Assembly (NCBI RefSeq): GCF_006345805.1
Contig: NC_043014.1
Coordinates: 55,056,001-55,120,000, forward strand
Origin: Octopus sinensis
Taxonomy: Eukaryota
Direction: 5' to 3'
Length of the DNA stretch: 64,000 bases
Below the pieces are notes generated by a model. It saw nothing but the letters and a program-made list of their open reading frames with translations. It was not told where the DNA came from and did no database searches. Position 1 is the first letter of the stretch, and each line of letters opens with the position of its first letter. Shown here in pieces: positions 27,276 through 39,364 of this stretch. Position numbers and translations under genes: made by a program.

Positions 27276-27839
27276 ACTCTCTTTTTTTTACATGATTAAA
27301 TTAAACAACATTTGTTAAAACTTGTCCTTCTCAAATTGTCTTCTTTTTGTCTACATTACCTTATATGTATATATATATATACACATAGACACTCTCTTCA
27401 ACAAAGGGCTTTGATCAAAATGTCTGTGTTCACATCTCCTCTTGACATACAGACATTCCCATACAAATATTACAGAGATTGTTTAATTTTCAGGTTCCCT
27501 TTTCCCACCATCTCCCCAGTTCTGTGCTCAGGTTGTTTACCGAGAGAAAACTTCCCCTTCTCACCATGGTTAATCGTGTGTGTAGCTGTGGTCGTTAGTA
27601 CAATACGCAGTGCTGTTAATTAATTATGCATTGTGAGATCTGTAACGGAAACCTTTCCGTTTTGTTCTTTTTTTTTTAGCAAGAAGAAGACCGTTTAAAA
27701 TAGAAGATTGCAAAACAAATATATGCATATATATACACACACACATGTGTGTGAGTGTATATATATATAAAGTATGCATAAGTATATATATATAAACACA
27801 CATATGTATGTGTATGTCTAAATTTATGTATACATACAT

Positions 27840-27867
27840 ATACTTATGCATACTTACGAACAATGTA

Positions 27868-27903
<36 letters not shown>

Positions 27904-28250
27904 ATATGTAATTATATATATATATATATATACACACAATATGTAACTATATATATACACATATATATATACACACAATATGTAATTATATATATACACA
28001 TATATATATACACACAATATGTAATTATATATATACACATATATATATACACACAATATGTAATTATATATATATATATACACACAATATGTAATTATAT
28101 ATATACACACATATATATACACACAATATGTATTATATATATATACACATATATATATACACATATATATATACACATATATATATACACATATATATAC
28201 ACACACATGTACATACATATATTTACGTGCTCACACATACATTTGCACAC
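27840..28250. repeat. (TA)-rich minisatellite with a ~32-36 bp unit containing cacaatatgtaatta
   Basis: About seven units visible. Confidence 0.9.
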
Positions 28251-29352
28251 ACAGACAGAGCAATATATATGTGTATAAAACATTTGCGATTTACATTATT
28301 TCACATTCCCTGAAAGATAAAGAAATGAAATGAAATGAAGACATCCTGGTGATAATCCGAAACCTCTGTGGGGTGGGGTGGGGGTTTGCGGAAGGTGGGG
28401 GGTGAGGGTGGAGCGTGGTTGGCAGGAATAAATGGCCACCGACAAACAGAGACAGACATGGATTGAACAAGAAAGCTGCCAATGTGAATAACAAGGAAGA
28501 CCAACAAAGAAGAAAAAAATAAAATAAACTGCAACAACAATGAATGAATTACAAAAAAAAACAACAGCAAAAAAAAAAAGATCCTGAAGAATTCTGCTGT
28601 GAAAGCCAGAACCCAATATCGGAATATCAGACTAGAAACCGATTTACATACCACGTGCGCATGTGAGCAGGTGATTATGACAGGCAATTAGGCCTGGGAC
28701 TGTGTGTAGATAACAGCTCTGAGTTGTAATTATTGTAACCAGATTACGAGGAAGTTTGCACACAGAAGAGTTGCCTTTGGGAAAGAATGTTGGCTGCTGC
28801 ATCCTGGTCGTGTTAATCTAAGTTTAAGTGTAATTACATTCTAACAGAGCCAATAAGCTAAAATGCAAAGAGCAGGAGTTAGAAACCAGTAAAAAGGGGC
28901 AATAAACGTGGAAGGAAAGCAGAAAGGAAGGAAGTATGATGGGTCAAAGGTTAAGCAAGAGATACAAACAGACAGACATTCATTAGAAGTGAGGCACAGC
29001 AAAAGCCATCTTGTAGCAACTGTTGTCAGAAGATTTTCTGTCAAGTATGCCAACAACAACAACAATAGTATTTTCGGGGGTTTCTAAAATTTGTTCTACT
29101 CTCAACAATGATCCCAGATTCTCAGACTCTTCCTTGTTATGGATGAGTTGAGGAACAAAGGGCAAAGGCATGATACAACTTATTAGAATATGAAATCTAA
29201 TAATTTGAGGGAGTTAAGGATATGTGTGTGTTTGCGGACACACGCATGTGCCCATGTATATATATATATATAAAATTCAGGGTGAATACTTAATAATTGT
29301 AAGCACCTGTATACTTATAATGTAATACATGTCCTTGAAGTAGTAATTGTAC

Positions 29353-29440
29353 GCGGCTGAAGAAGGCTATTGACATACAAATTACATCAATTATGCATTG
29401 ATATAAACCGTCTAATAAAAGCCAGAAACATATGTACCGC
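29353..29440 (+). ncRNA. Type-I hammerhead-like motif with enlarged stem II loop
   Basis: GCGG-CTGAAGA-a-GGCT...AGCC-a-GAA-ACATATGT-A-CCGC: stem I GCGG/CCGC, palindromic stem III, GUA triplet, one extra A before GAAA. Confidence 0.55.
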
Positions 29441-29498
29441 TAAATCCTTTGCATCATGTTTTTATTTTGATAAATATATATATACACACACACACACA

Positions 29499-30256
29499 CA
29501 AGGTTATTCTAAAAGAACAAACCAATTTCATTACGCAATATTTTAATAAGGAAAGGCAGTAAAAGACTCCAGCTAAGCCACAAGTATTTACTCACAATCA
29601 ACTTTTATTTCCTGTCTTACAAGAGTTCAATGTGGCCACCACCTGCAGTACAGGCAACATCAATGCAATAAGAGAATTCCTCCCAGATGCATATCAGCAT
29701 ATCACAATCCACTGAGTACATCTTTGGCTGTCTGGTTGAATGCTTTATCCAAGTTTTTCCATTTCCCCTCTCTGTCAATATCTTCTGGAATCGTCTCAAA
29801 CAAAAGCAAATTTATTCTTTAGTTCCATAACAAACTTGCTTTTGATATGCTGATGAGCGTCTGGGAAGAATTCTCTTATTGCATTGATGTTGCCCATGCT
29901 GCCTGTGGTGGTGGCCACATTGAACCCTTTGTAAGACAGGAAATAAAAGTTGATTGGGAGTAAATACTTGTGACTTAGCTGGAGTTTTCTATTGCTTTCA
30001 TCATCATCATCATCATCGTTTAACGTCCGCTTTCCATGCTAGCATGGGTTGGACGGTTCAACTGGGGGTCTGGGAAGCCCGAAGGCTGCACCAGGCCAGT
30101 CAGATCTGGCAGTGTTTCTACAGCTGGATGCCCTTCCTAACGCCAACCACTCAGAGAGTGTGGTGGGTGATTTTATGTGCCACCGACACAGGTGCCAGAC
30201 GAGGCTGATTAAAATTTTACATAATGAAATTGGTTCATTCTTTTAGAATAACCCAG
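29499..30256. mobile_element. Fold-back Tc1/mariner derivative with ~210-bp arms, interrupted by a SINE C
   Basis: Arms at 29499-~29710 and ~29844-30256 are reverse complements. Each encodes a transposase C-terminus-like peptide (DML..WEEFSYCIDVA...GGGHIE). Right end gaataacccag|TA. SINE C at 29999-30207. Confidence 0.75.
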
Positions 30257-30594
30257 TATATATATATGTCTGTTTTTATATTCACCTTAGAGGGTTTAAT
30301 CAAATAAATCAACCCCAGAACTTATTCTCTAAGCCTGAGACATATTTTATTGTTTCCTTACTTCCCTAAATGCTGTGAAGGCTGTTATGGGATGTCGCCT
30401 GGGGTTAAACAGCAGCAATCTTCTCTTTTTATTTGGTAACAGAGTCAGAGAGGGAGCCTCTACAGGGCTGTTTGATCTGCTAGAAACAGCAACTGAATCT
30501 ACTTCAAATCACGCTCTACTGTTTCACGACAGAAGAGAACGACAGTATGGGAGGAGTGAAGGGGGAGAGTGGGGAGTTAGAGAAGGAGAATGAA

Positions 30595-30765
30595 GGTGCA
30601 GGAGTGGCTGTGTGGTAAGTAGCTTGCTAACCAACCACATGGTTCCGGGTTCAGTCCCACTGCGTGGCATCTTGGGCAAGTGTCTTCTGCTATAGCCCCA
30701 GGCCGACCAATGCCTTGTGAGTGGATTTGGTAGACGGAAACTGAAAGAAGCCTGTCGTATATATG

Positions 30766-30809
<44 letters not shown>

Positions 30810-30995
30810 TCCCCCTAGCATTGGTTGACAACGTCTGGTTGTTTACGTCCCTGTCACTTAGCGGTTTGGCAAAAGAGACCGATAGAATAAGTACTGGGCT
30901 TACAAAGGAATAAGTCCCGGGGTCGATTTGCTCGACTAAAAGGCGGTGCTCCAGCATGGCCGCAGTCAAATGACTGAAACAAGTAAAAGAGAAAA
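30595..30995 (+). mobile_element. SINE family A
   Basis: Matches the family A consensus. Confidence 0.9.
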
Positions 30996-31111
30996 GAGAG
31001 AGTATACATTTGAGAGAGGGAGAGAGAGAGAGAGGAGGAGAGAGAGATGAATGGTCACAGCAGGAACACCTTTGATCATGTCTGTTCAATCTGTGATAAA
31101 CAAAGACAGAA

Positions 31112-31178
<67 letters not shown>

Positions 31179-31639
31179 CAGAGAGGAGGAAGTGTGTGAT
31201 GGTGGTGCAACATGAAACTAGGCCAAAGTCAAATGACATGAGGCTTTGTTGTGGAGTTGCCATGGTTGGATCCGCTTGAGTAAGTTTTATCATGGCAGAG
31301 AGAATTGCCAGACTAAAGGAATTATTGCATTAATATTTTGCCCAGGGCACTGGAAGCACTTTTCTCATGGACACTACGTTATTTTCAGATTCAACCCTTT
31401 CCTATTCAGGTTATTCTCTCAAATGGATTTACACTTTTGTCACCATATTTTTGGTTAAGATACACAGATTTTGTTTCATTTAATTTTAGGGATAAAATGA
31501 AAAATTCATTTAAGTAACTTGATCATTATTAACTTTTTTGGTATCAAACCTCAAGACCAACGCTGCTGGCTCTGTGATACAAATTCCCTGCTTTACACTA
31601 ATCTAAATTAAAACCTTCCAAACATTAGTTAATAATTAT

Positions 31640-31940
31640 TTACATTTGACAGATATTTGTCCTCATCTTGTTTGTTGTTAACACCACGTTTTGGCTGATA
31701 TACCCTTCAGCCTTCATCAGGTGTCTTGAGGAAATTTCCAACCTGGGTTCTCATCCTTAAGGTAATTTTCGATGTTGTTATTATTATTATTATTATTATT
31801 ATATTCAAGTCACTGCTTGGAATCAAACTTGGAATCATGATGTTAGTAGCACGCGCTCTTAACCACTATGCCATATGTGTAGTGGTTAAGAGCGTGGGCA
31901 ACTAATCCCAAGATTCCGAGTTCTATTCCAGGCAGTGACA

Positions 31941-31973
<33 letters not shown>

Positions 31974-32145
31974 TCGAAAAATACCTTAGGAATGAGAACC
32001 CAGGCTCAAAATTTCCCCAAGACACTTGATGAAGGCTGGAGGGTATATCAGCCGAAACGTTGTGTTAACAACAAGCAAGATGAGGAGAAATATCCGTAAA
32101 ATGTAAACAATGTACATAATTCCTCATCTCCTTAATATAGAATTG
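31640..32145. mobile_element. Head-to-head pair of SINE family D copies
   Basis: Minus copy at ~31640-31870 and plus copy at ~31877-32145 share tRNA head, (TAA)n, hammerhead motif and tail. Confidence 0.85.
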
Positions 32146-32569
32146 TTTTAGTTAATAACAACAAAATTATTTTACTAAGTTATTCATTTTTTAGAAATTA
32201 ACTTAAATAACAGCAGCATATTTCCAACAGAAACCTACCAACAAAAAAGGGTTATTAATTCCCTGAAACAAAGGCAGGATATTTTAAGGGAAATGAGGTA
32301 ACGGAAGAGTGAAGCTGGCATCGGGAAACATTAATTAACGTGGAATTTTGATGGAAAATTTCTATTTAGAGCCCTTTGTATTGACAGAATTAGGGGTGGT
32401 CTCAGATGTGAAGGCATCAAAGGGGTTCAAAGAACATGGCCTCTACAGACTCCTGTCTGTAAATTGAAGACTAAGGCCATAAACTAGTTCAAAGGTACTG
32501 TTAATATATGCCACAGCATACTCTTAATTACTGCTGTCCCCTCTGCAGGGTTCTTTGAGAGCTAATATA

Positions 32570-32800
32570 TTTATTTACTACCCACAAGGGGCTAAACACA
32601 GAGGGGACAAACAAGGACAGACATGGGGATTAAGTCGATTACATTGACCCCAGTGCGTAACTAATACTTAATTTATCGACCCTGAAAGGATGAAAGGCAA
32701 AGTCAACCTTGGCGGAATTTGAACCCAGAACGTAACGGCAGATGAAATATGGCTACGCATTTCGCCCTGCGTGCTAATGCTTCTGCCAGCTCGCCGCCTT
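32570..32800 (-). mobile_element. SINE family B with TSD
   Basis: Flanked by ctttgagagctaata. Other family B copies at ~8120-8320, 26570-26760, 43480-43695, 44445-44675 and 52560-52755 (minus) and 59845-60040 (plus). Confidence 0.88.
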
Positions 32801-34137
32801 ACTCTTTGAGAGCTAATAGTCCACGTCTTCATCACTGAATGTCCGTTTTCTGTGCAGGCATGGGTTGGACTGTTTGACAGAAGCTGGCAGGGCTGGACAG
32901 CTGCACCAGGCATCTATTGTCTGTTTTGGCATGGCTTCTATGAGTGGATGCCCTTCCTAATGCCAACCACTTCAGAGGGTGTGAACTGAGAGCTTTTTAT
33001 GTGGCACCAGTACAGGTGCTTTATATAGGGAGCAAACACAAAGGTGTATGTGAAGTTGTGGTCAGAGCAGAGGAAGAAAGAAGAGCAGATGGAACTGACC
33101 AATGAAATTTTATGAGAAATAAAATGCATTTCAGTATCAATGTTGTTGCAGATTTAAAAAAACAAACAAAAGGAGAGTAGGAAGCCAGGAGAGTAGTCTT
33201 TGGACATTGACGAATACAGCAATAGCAGAACATTTGTTAAATAGAGGTAGGTGGGAGGCAGCAGAGGCAGAATTATTCGGATGTTATTGAAATGAAGGAA
33301 GAGATAAAATGTTCATTCTTATATGTTAACAGCTGTTTCGTAACCTGAGACAATGATGTAACTGGATGCAGATTATGAAACAGCTGGAATAAATATTTTA
33401 TCAATCACTGAAATTTGATTAATTATTACACACACACACACACAAATAGCCAAACATTAATTGAAGGATCATTCAATACCTAATGAAGGCAACTAAGCCA
33501 AAACTTCAAAGTCACTGTCAATATTTTTCTAGTATAAATAATATATACACACAACATGGATAGAATTTCCTCTTAAGAAAAAATACATATTTAAATAACT
33601 AAAACATAATATCATGAATAGCGATAGTGAAACCGGTTGATATATTAAAAATTATATTAAAACTATGTAAGTGTGCCTATTTTCTTTTTTTAATTTCTTG
33701 TATATATATACACACACATATATATAGAATGCCTATTTGCATTCATGAAGCTACATAAGTATATATAGCCATGAAGGCCTCTCTGGCTTTTGTGGTCCAA
33801 CACTGCTTCCTCTGGCCTTTAAATGTCCAAGGTTCAAACTGTCAACCCTTTAGCATTCAGATTATTCTGGCAAACGTAATGCCCAGTTGGTCCCATGGTT
33901 TTGGATTAACTGGGCATTATCTCGTAGTTTCGAGATGTTGATGATATAACTGCTTAGTTTTAGAATGACATTGTAGGGTAGGTGTGAGAGGTGGGATCAG
34001 GCCAGTTTGAGCAGAAAACATGTTGAATTGTTTGGCCTCTGATATTGCTGGTTTAAATGCTAAAGAGTTAGACAATAAGAAAAAGGGACAGGAAAAGGGG
34101 TGCAAAGCTGTGAAACCCAGGGTATGACTACTTGTAT

Positions 34138-34186
<49 letters not shown>

Positions 34187-34298
34187 TTAAATAATGAGGG
34201 AGATAAATTAATATTAATTTTAATATCATTTAAAACCAGTAGTCTAGCATACAAAAAATCTGAAAAATCAGAGAAAATTCTAATACATGTGTATTTTG

Positions 34299-34432
34299 GC
34301 AGGGCAAGACTGCAAGGTAGTCGGCCGTATGCTAGAAGTAGATCATCAACGATCAAACTACAAACTTTGTAGTTTGATCGTTGATGATCTATTTCTAGCA
34401 TCCGGCCGACTACCTAGCAGTCTTGCCCTGTC
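34299..34432. repeat. Near-perfect palindrome (about 66-bp arms, 1-nt loop)
   Basis: Centre ...atcaaactacaaa-c-tttgtagtttgat... at 34365, with about 3 mismatches. Confidence 0.95.
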
Positions 34433-34441
34433 AATATATAT

Positions 34442-34483
<42 letters not shown>

Positions 34484-35935
34484 CACACATACACATATAT
34501 ATATTTATTGTGTGTATGTATATATATATATATACTAGTTGCATTGCTCAATGACTATAAATATATTATTCTTACATCTGTTTCGAGTATAAAACATTTT
34601 TTGATACTATATATATTAAACATGATACAATACATACATAAATATTAAGTACTTTTCAGGTTAACTTTAGATCCAGCTTTACCGTTTCCAATTGAACCAC
34701 CTTTTAATGCACAATCATATAAAAAAAAACAAAACAAAAAGTTGTTATAGTTGTTTTGTAGTTGAACATTAAATGGGTTCTGACCCGCAATTCAAGAACT
34801 TTGGTAAAAAAAAAAAAAAGAATCAATTTCAACAATGAACAAAGTGTAAAAGAAATATCAAAATCTTCTTGAAATAACTAAGAAAGCACGGAGGGAAGGA
34901 ATGTGTGGAGAGAATCAAAGTTAGAGCCCAGTAAGTGGAATTATAACTTCCTCCTCTTGGATAGGATGACAGTCCATCACAGGATTAACTTCTCAGCCTT
35001 TGCTGGAACTCATATATGACTGAGCAGACTGGGGCAAAGGGAAATGGAGTGTTTTGCTTAAGAACACAATGTGTCCCCTGGTCCTGGAATTGAAACCATC
35101 ACCTTATGATTGTGGGTACAACACCTTAACCGTTAAGCCATGTACCTTCACCAAAGTTATAAAGGGAGAAAGAAAGAAGCCAAAACTTTGAGGGGTTAAG
35201 GTTAGAATATTGGTCAAAATCTACAAAGAATCGGTTTTATTGGCAACGGAAGCAAGAGATAACGTTAGTAATGTGAAGATAGTTTGGGATAAAGCAGACA
35301 AAGACAGCACAAAACAACTAAAACTGCTGCTGGAATGTGTTGGGTTGGCCATTGGCTCTTCTCTGTCCTTGTCAACAGAGAAGGACAATGGCCAAATTGT
35401 CCTGAAATCACTCTCTACCATCTCTTAAAAAGAGAAGGACACACCAGGGTCTTAGTCCCAGTCCCGCCTACTCCTCGTGAAGTGTTGGACAACCTCATCC
35501 TCTCTGCAGCAAGTTAAACCCCGCAGGCAAGGTTGCTGGCCCAACATTCTGTCTCTCCTTCTTTTCAACAAAGGCCTGGGATTGGCTATGCTGGATACTA
35601 AACCAGAGCTTGCTGCACTGGGTTCTCATGAAAGGTAGTGTTTCCTCACATTCTAGTACCAACCAAGACTAAAACCAACTACACACATCACTACCTGCTA
35701 CTTACAAACTAAACACTACCCACTAACTCACACAATCTACAACCTACGCAATGATATATTATGGTTGAGGAGAAAAAAATGAGATGGCCACAGCTGGAAA
35801 GTCTTCTGATGATATGCCTGCTTGATCGGAATTAACCTGGGGGTTAAATGATAACTATTAGAATGGAGATGAATTACTTGTTGAAGGCAGCACTGGAGAT
35901 TTATTATTTGGTTCTAAAGGGTACTTAGAGATATT

Positions 35936-36339
35936 CTTTTATTCTTTTACTTGTTTCAGTCATTTGACTGCGGCCATGCTGGAGCACCGCCTTTGATCGA
36001 GCAACTTGACCCCGGGACTTATTCTTTTGTAAGCCCAGTACTTATTCTATCGGTCTCTTTTGCCGAAATGCTAAGTAACGGGGACATAAACACACCAGCA
36101 TCGGTTGTCAAGCAATGCTAGGGGGACAAACACAGACACACAAACACACACACGCATACATATACATACATATATACGACGGGCTTCTTTCAGTTTCCGT
36201 CTACCAAATCCACTCACGAGGCTTTGGTCGGCCCGGGGCTATAGTAGAAGACACTTGCCCAAGGTGCCACGCAGTGGGACTGAACCCGGAACCATGTGGT
36301 TGGTAAACAAGCTACTTACCACACAGCCACTCCTGCGCC
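35936..36339 (-). mobile_element. SINE family A
   Basis: Reverse complement of the consensus. A more diverged copy follows at ~36900-37260. Confidence 0.9.
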
Positions 36340-37782
36340 TATATATTTACAGCATTTCTACAATTCTAGGTAGATTAGTTTTGAGGAAAAGAATCTGCAG
36401 AGATTTTATCAACTTGGTAGATTTCAAGTCAACGAGAGCACCTCTTGATGGGTATTTGACTGGCTACTAGAAAGTGCAGCTGAATCTACTTCAATTCATG
36501 TACAGCTGTATTAAAAAAAAAAAAAAAGGGAAGGACACTAGAGAAGGTAGAGTGAGATTTTAGAAAAAATTTAACTGCTATTTCTAACTCTTTCTTTGGT
36601 TTACATATCCAGATGTGATTCTAGAAAGTTATGTTAAGATTAGATATCAGATGTTGTTATACATCACTAGTCACAATGCACTTTGCATTGTTTTAGTTTT
36701 TGAACGATGCCACGCAGCTGGCCAGGCAAGCAGGCTAAAATTCCCCCCCCAATTGGGGGGGGGGAGAGTCCATTTACAGCTGGGGGGGGGTCGAAGCAAT
36801 GGAAAGAATATATTTGAAAGTGGGTTTGTTAAGTTAGAAGCTTTCTCTGATGTCACAATAATGAATTTCCTATTTTTTCTTTTTTTTTTTCCACTTGCTT
36901 CAGCTTTTAGACTGTGGCCATGCTGGGGCACTGCTTCGAAACATTCAAGTTGAATGAATCAAGCCCAGTATTTATGACTTTTAAACTTGGTGCTTATTCT
37001 ATGGGACTTTTTGGCCAAACCGCTAAGTCACAGGGATATAAACATACCAACACCAGCTGTCAAGTGGTGGTGGTGGTGGGGGGGGGGACAAACACAGACA
37101 CACATATGATGGGCTTCTTTCAGTTTCTATCCATTAAATCCACTCATAAGGCCTTGGTCACACTGAAGCTAAAGCAGAAGACATTTATCCAAAGTGCCAC
37201 GCAGTGGGACTGAACCTGCAGTCATGTGGTTAGGAAGCAGACCCCTCCTTACCGCACAGCTATGAAAGTGAAGTTATGAGCTTTCTCTGAGGCCACAATA
37301 ATGAATGTTTAACGAGTTGTTAAAAACCAATTTTGAAGAAAAGAAAATATTTCGGAAATACAGGTGAATACAGGTGAGCATTTATTACACATCTCCCACC
37401 CATACACAATCATTTCCAATAAATATTTGCTATTAATAACACCTTGACATTCCTGAGTCAATTGCATGTTCGTTGGGTGTTTTTTCCCTTTTTCACATTT
37501 CATGAAGCGAAAGTAATTCGAAGGCATTCACAGGTGAGAGAAAAGAAAGAAAGAAAGAAAAGATTACAATCTTTTACAGACACACCTGAATTTGGCTACA
37601 GAGAACGGTGGGTGTGTGACTATATAATTTCGATATTTCCCATTACTGGAACAAATCTGTTTTGGGTTCAGTCCCACTCTGGTACCTTAGGCAAGTATCT
37701 TGTGCAACAACCCCATTCTGACCAAAGCCTTGTCAGTGAATTTGGAAATGGAAAGCTGCTCATTGTGTGTATGGGTGTTTAA

Positions 37783-38004
37783 CCCTTTAGCATTTAAACC
37801 GGCCATATCCGGCCAAAAGTATTCTGCCTGTTTTATGGTCAAACTGGCCAGATCTGGTCTCTCACACCAACCCTACAATATCGTTTTTAAAATTAACAGC
37901 TACCTCATCAAAATCTCATAGCTACAAGATAATGCATGACTGGTTCAAAACCATGTGGATAAAAAAGGGATTAATTTTGGCAGAATAATGCGAACACTAA
38001 ACGG
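37783..38004. mobile_element. piggyBac-like MITE (same family as 5860)
   Basis: TTAA|ccctttagcatt...aacactaaacgg|TTAA. Diverged relatives at 33846-34067 and 39025-39218. Confidence 0.75.
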
Positions 38005-38518
38005 TTAATGTCTCCTTGTCTTGACATCGCATAGCGTTTGCCAATTATTGTTGATGTCATAGATGCAGTGTCATTCACTTCCAGTCGTCTGCAGAACCAT
38101 GTCTGGCCACGGTGAGATATTTCCTTGCTTGAACACTGCACACATTGCAGACAGCTGGCCTCTGACACCCATGCAAGCAAGCAAAACTGAACATTATCAG
38201 AAGGAAGACGAATCGCTCCATTTCATAATGCTTTGAACAAATATTTCTCGATATAAAGTTATGTACTTGGTCTTTAAAGGTTGCTTTCTAATAAATGTCT
38301 TATGTGAGCTGAGTGAGTGGTTGATCTAATATCAAGACGGTTGATCTATTCAATACAGAGACACTATTGTCATTTTTCCATTGTGTTTTTCCTCTCTCTT
38401 TTACTCTTATGGCTTCCCTGACATATATGAAACGATCAAAGAGCATTTAATACCTATGCACTTCAGAACAATCTCATTTTAAGCTGTTCATATTTAACCA
38501 AGAAGTTCTCACTATAAA

Positions 38519-38910
38519 TCTTTATATATAAAAGTAAGGTTGTGTGTCTGTCTCCTACGATTTAGATTCCTAACTACTCCCACATTTTGCGGTGTAGTGT
38601 AACCAAAAGCGGGTATCTTATAGTCGTGATTCATATCGAGCCCTTCTGGGTATTAGCGCGCGTCTACGATGAGTCTACGATTTTAAAAATAATTCACCAT
38701 CATTTTTTCCATTTTAATGCATTTTTTTTGCTAAGGGAAGTAACTCTCTAAAAATGTCTACGATGAGTCAACGATTTAAAAAAAAATTTACCATCATTTT
38801 TTTTCCCATTTTTAATGCATTTTTTTGCTATTTTTTGGCGATAACTCTCTAAAAATGCTTATATAGTTATTTCCCTTACAAACCCGAGCAACACCGGGCG
38901 ATACTGCTAG
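38519..38910 (+). mobile_element. Non-autonomous Helitron
   Basis: A|TC-tttatatataaaag start, subterminal hairpin cccgagcaacaccggg, CTAG|T end, no TSD. Contains an internal ~90-bp tandem duplication. Confidence 0.85.
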
Positions 38911-39364
38911 TTTTATATAAGATCATTTTATTCATAAGTCATGTGTTCCAAACAGCTTCATAACTATTTTGATATCAACCTATCTGTCACTGTCTCTGGT
39001 TCTATGATACAAACTATGTTTTAGCCTTTTAGCACTTAAATCTTCCCTATCTCAAACCAGCTATGATTAAACTAGCTAGATCCAACCTCTCACACCTATC
39101 CTGTAATGTCATTCTAAAAATAAACAGTCACATCATTGAAATCTCAAAGTTATGAGATAATGAATAATTAACTGGAAACAATGTGAAGAAATAAGGATCA
39201 CATTTCAATGCTAAAAGGTTCAAATGATCTCAATTGAAATCCTTTCTCCAAAATTTTATGTTAATTCATGTTCTAAATGAACAGTTTAACAATGATGAAG
39301 TTATTCTACAAAACTCTTCATAATTTTCAAAATTAAGTGAAACAACGACAGAGTATTTTAATAA

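Noticed and set aside
28301-28830. Strong donor-like gtg|gtatgt (~28650) and acceptor-like cattggcag| (~28487)
   Set aside because: Could not assemble an open, phase-compatible exon around either site.
31877-31945. Apparent tRNA gene
   Set aside because: It is the SINE D head: no acceptor stem or terminator, and it continues into repeat body.
35210-35517. Overlapping short ORFs on both strands
   Set aside because: Partly made of the dispersed aaatcactctctaccatctcttaaaagagaagg repeat; no splice support.
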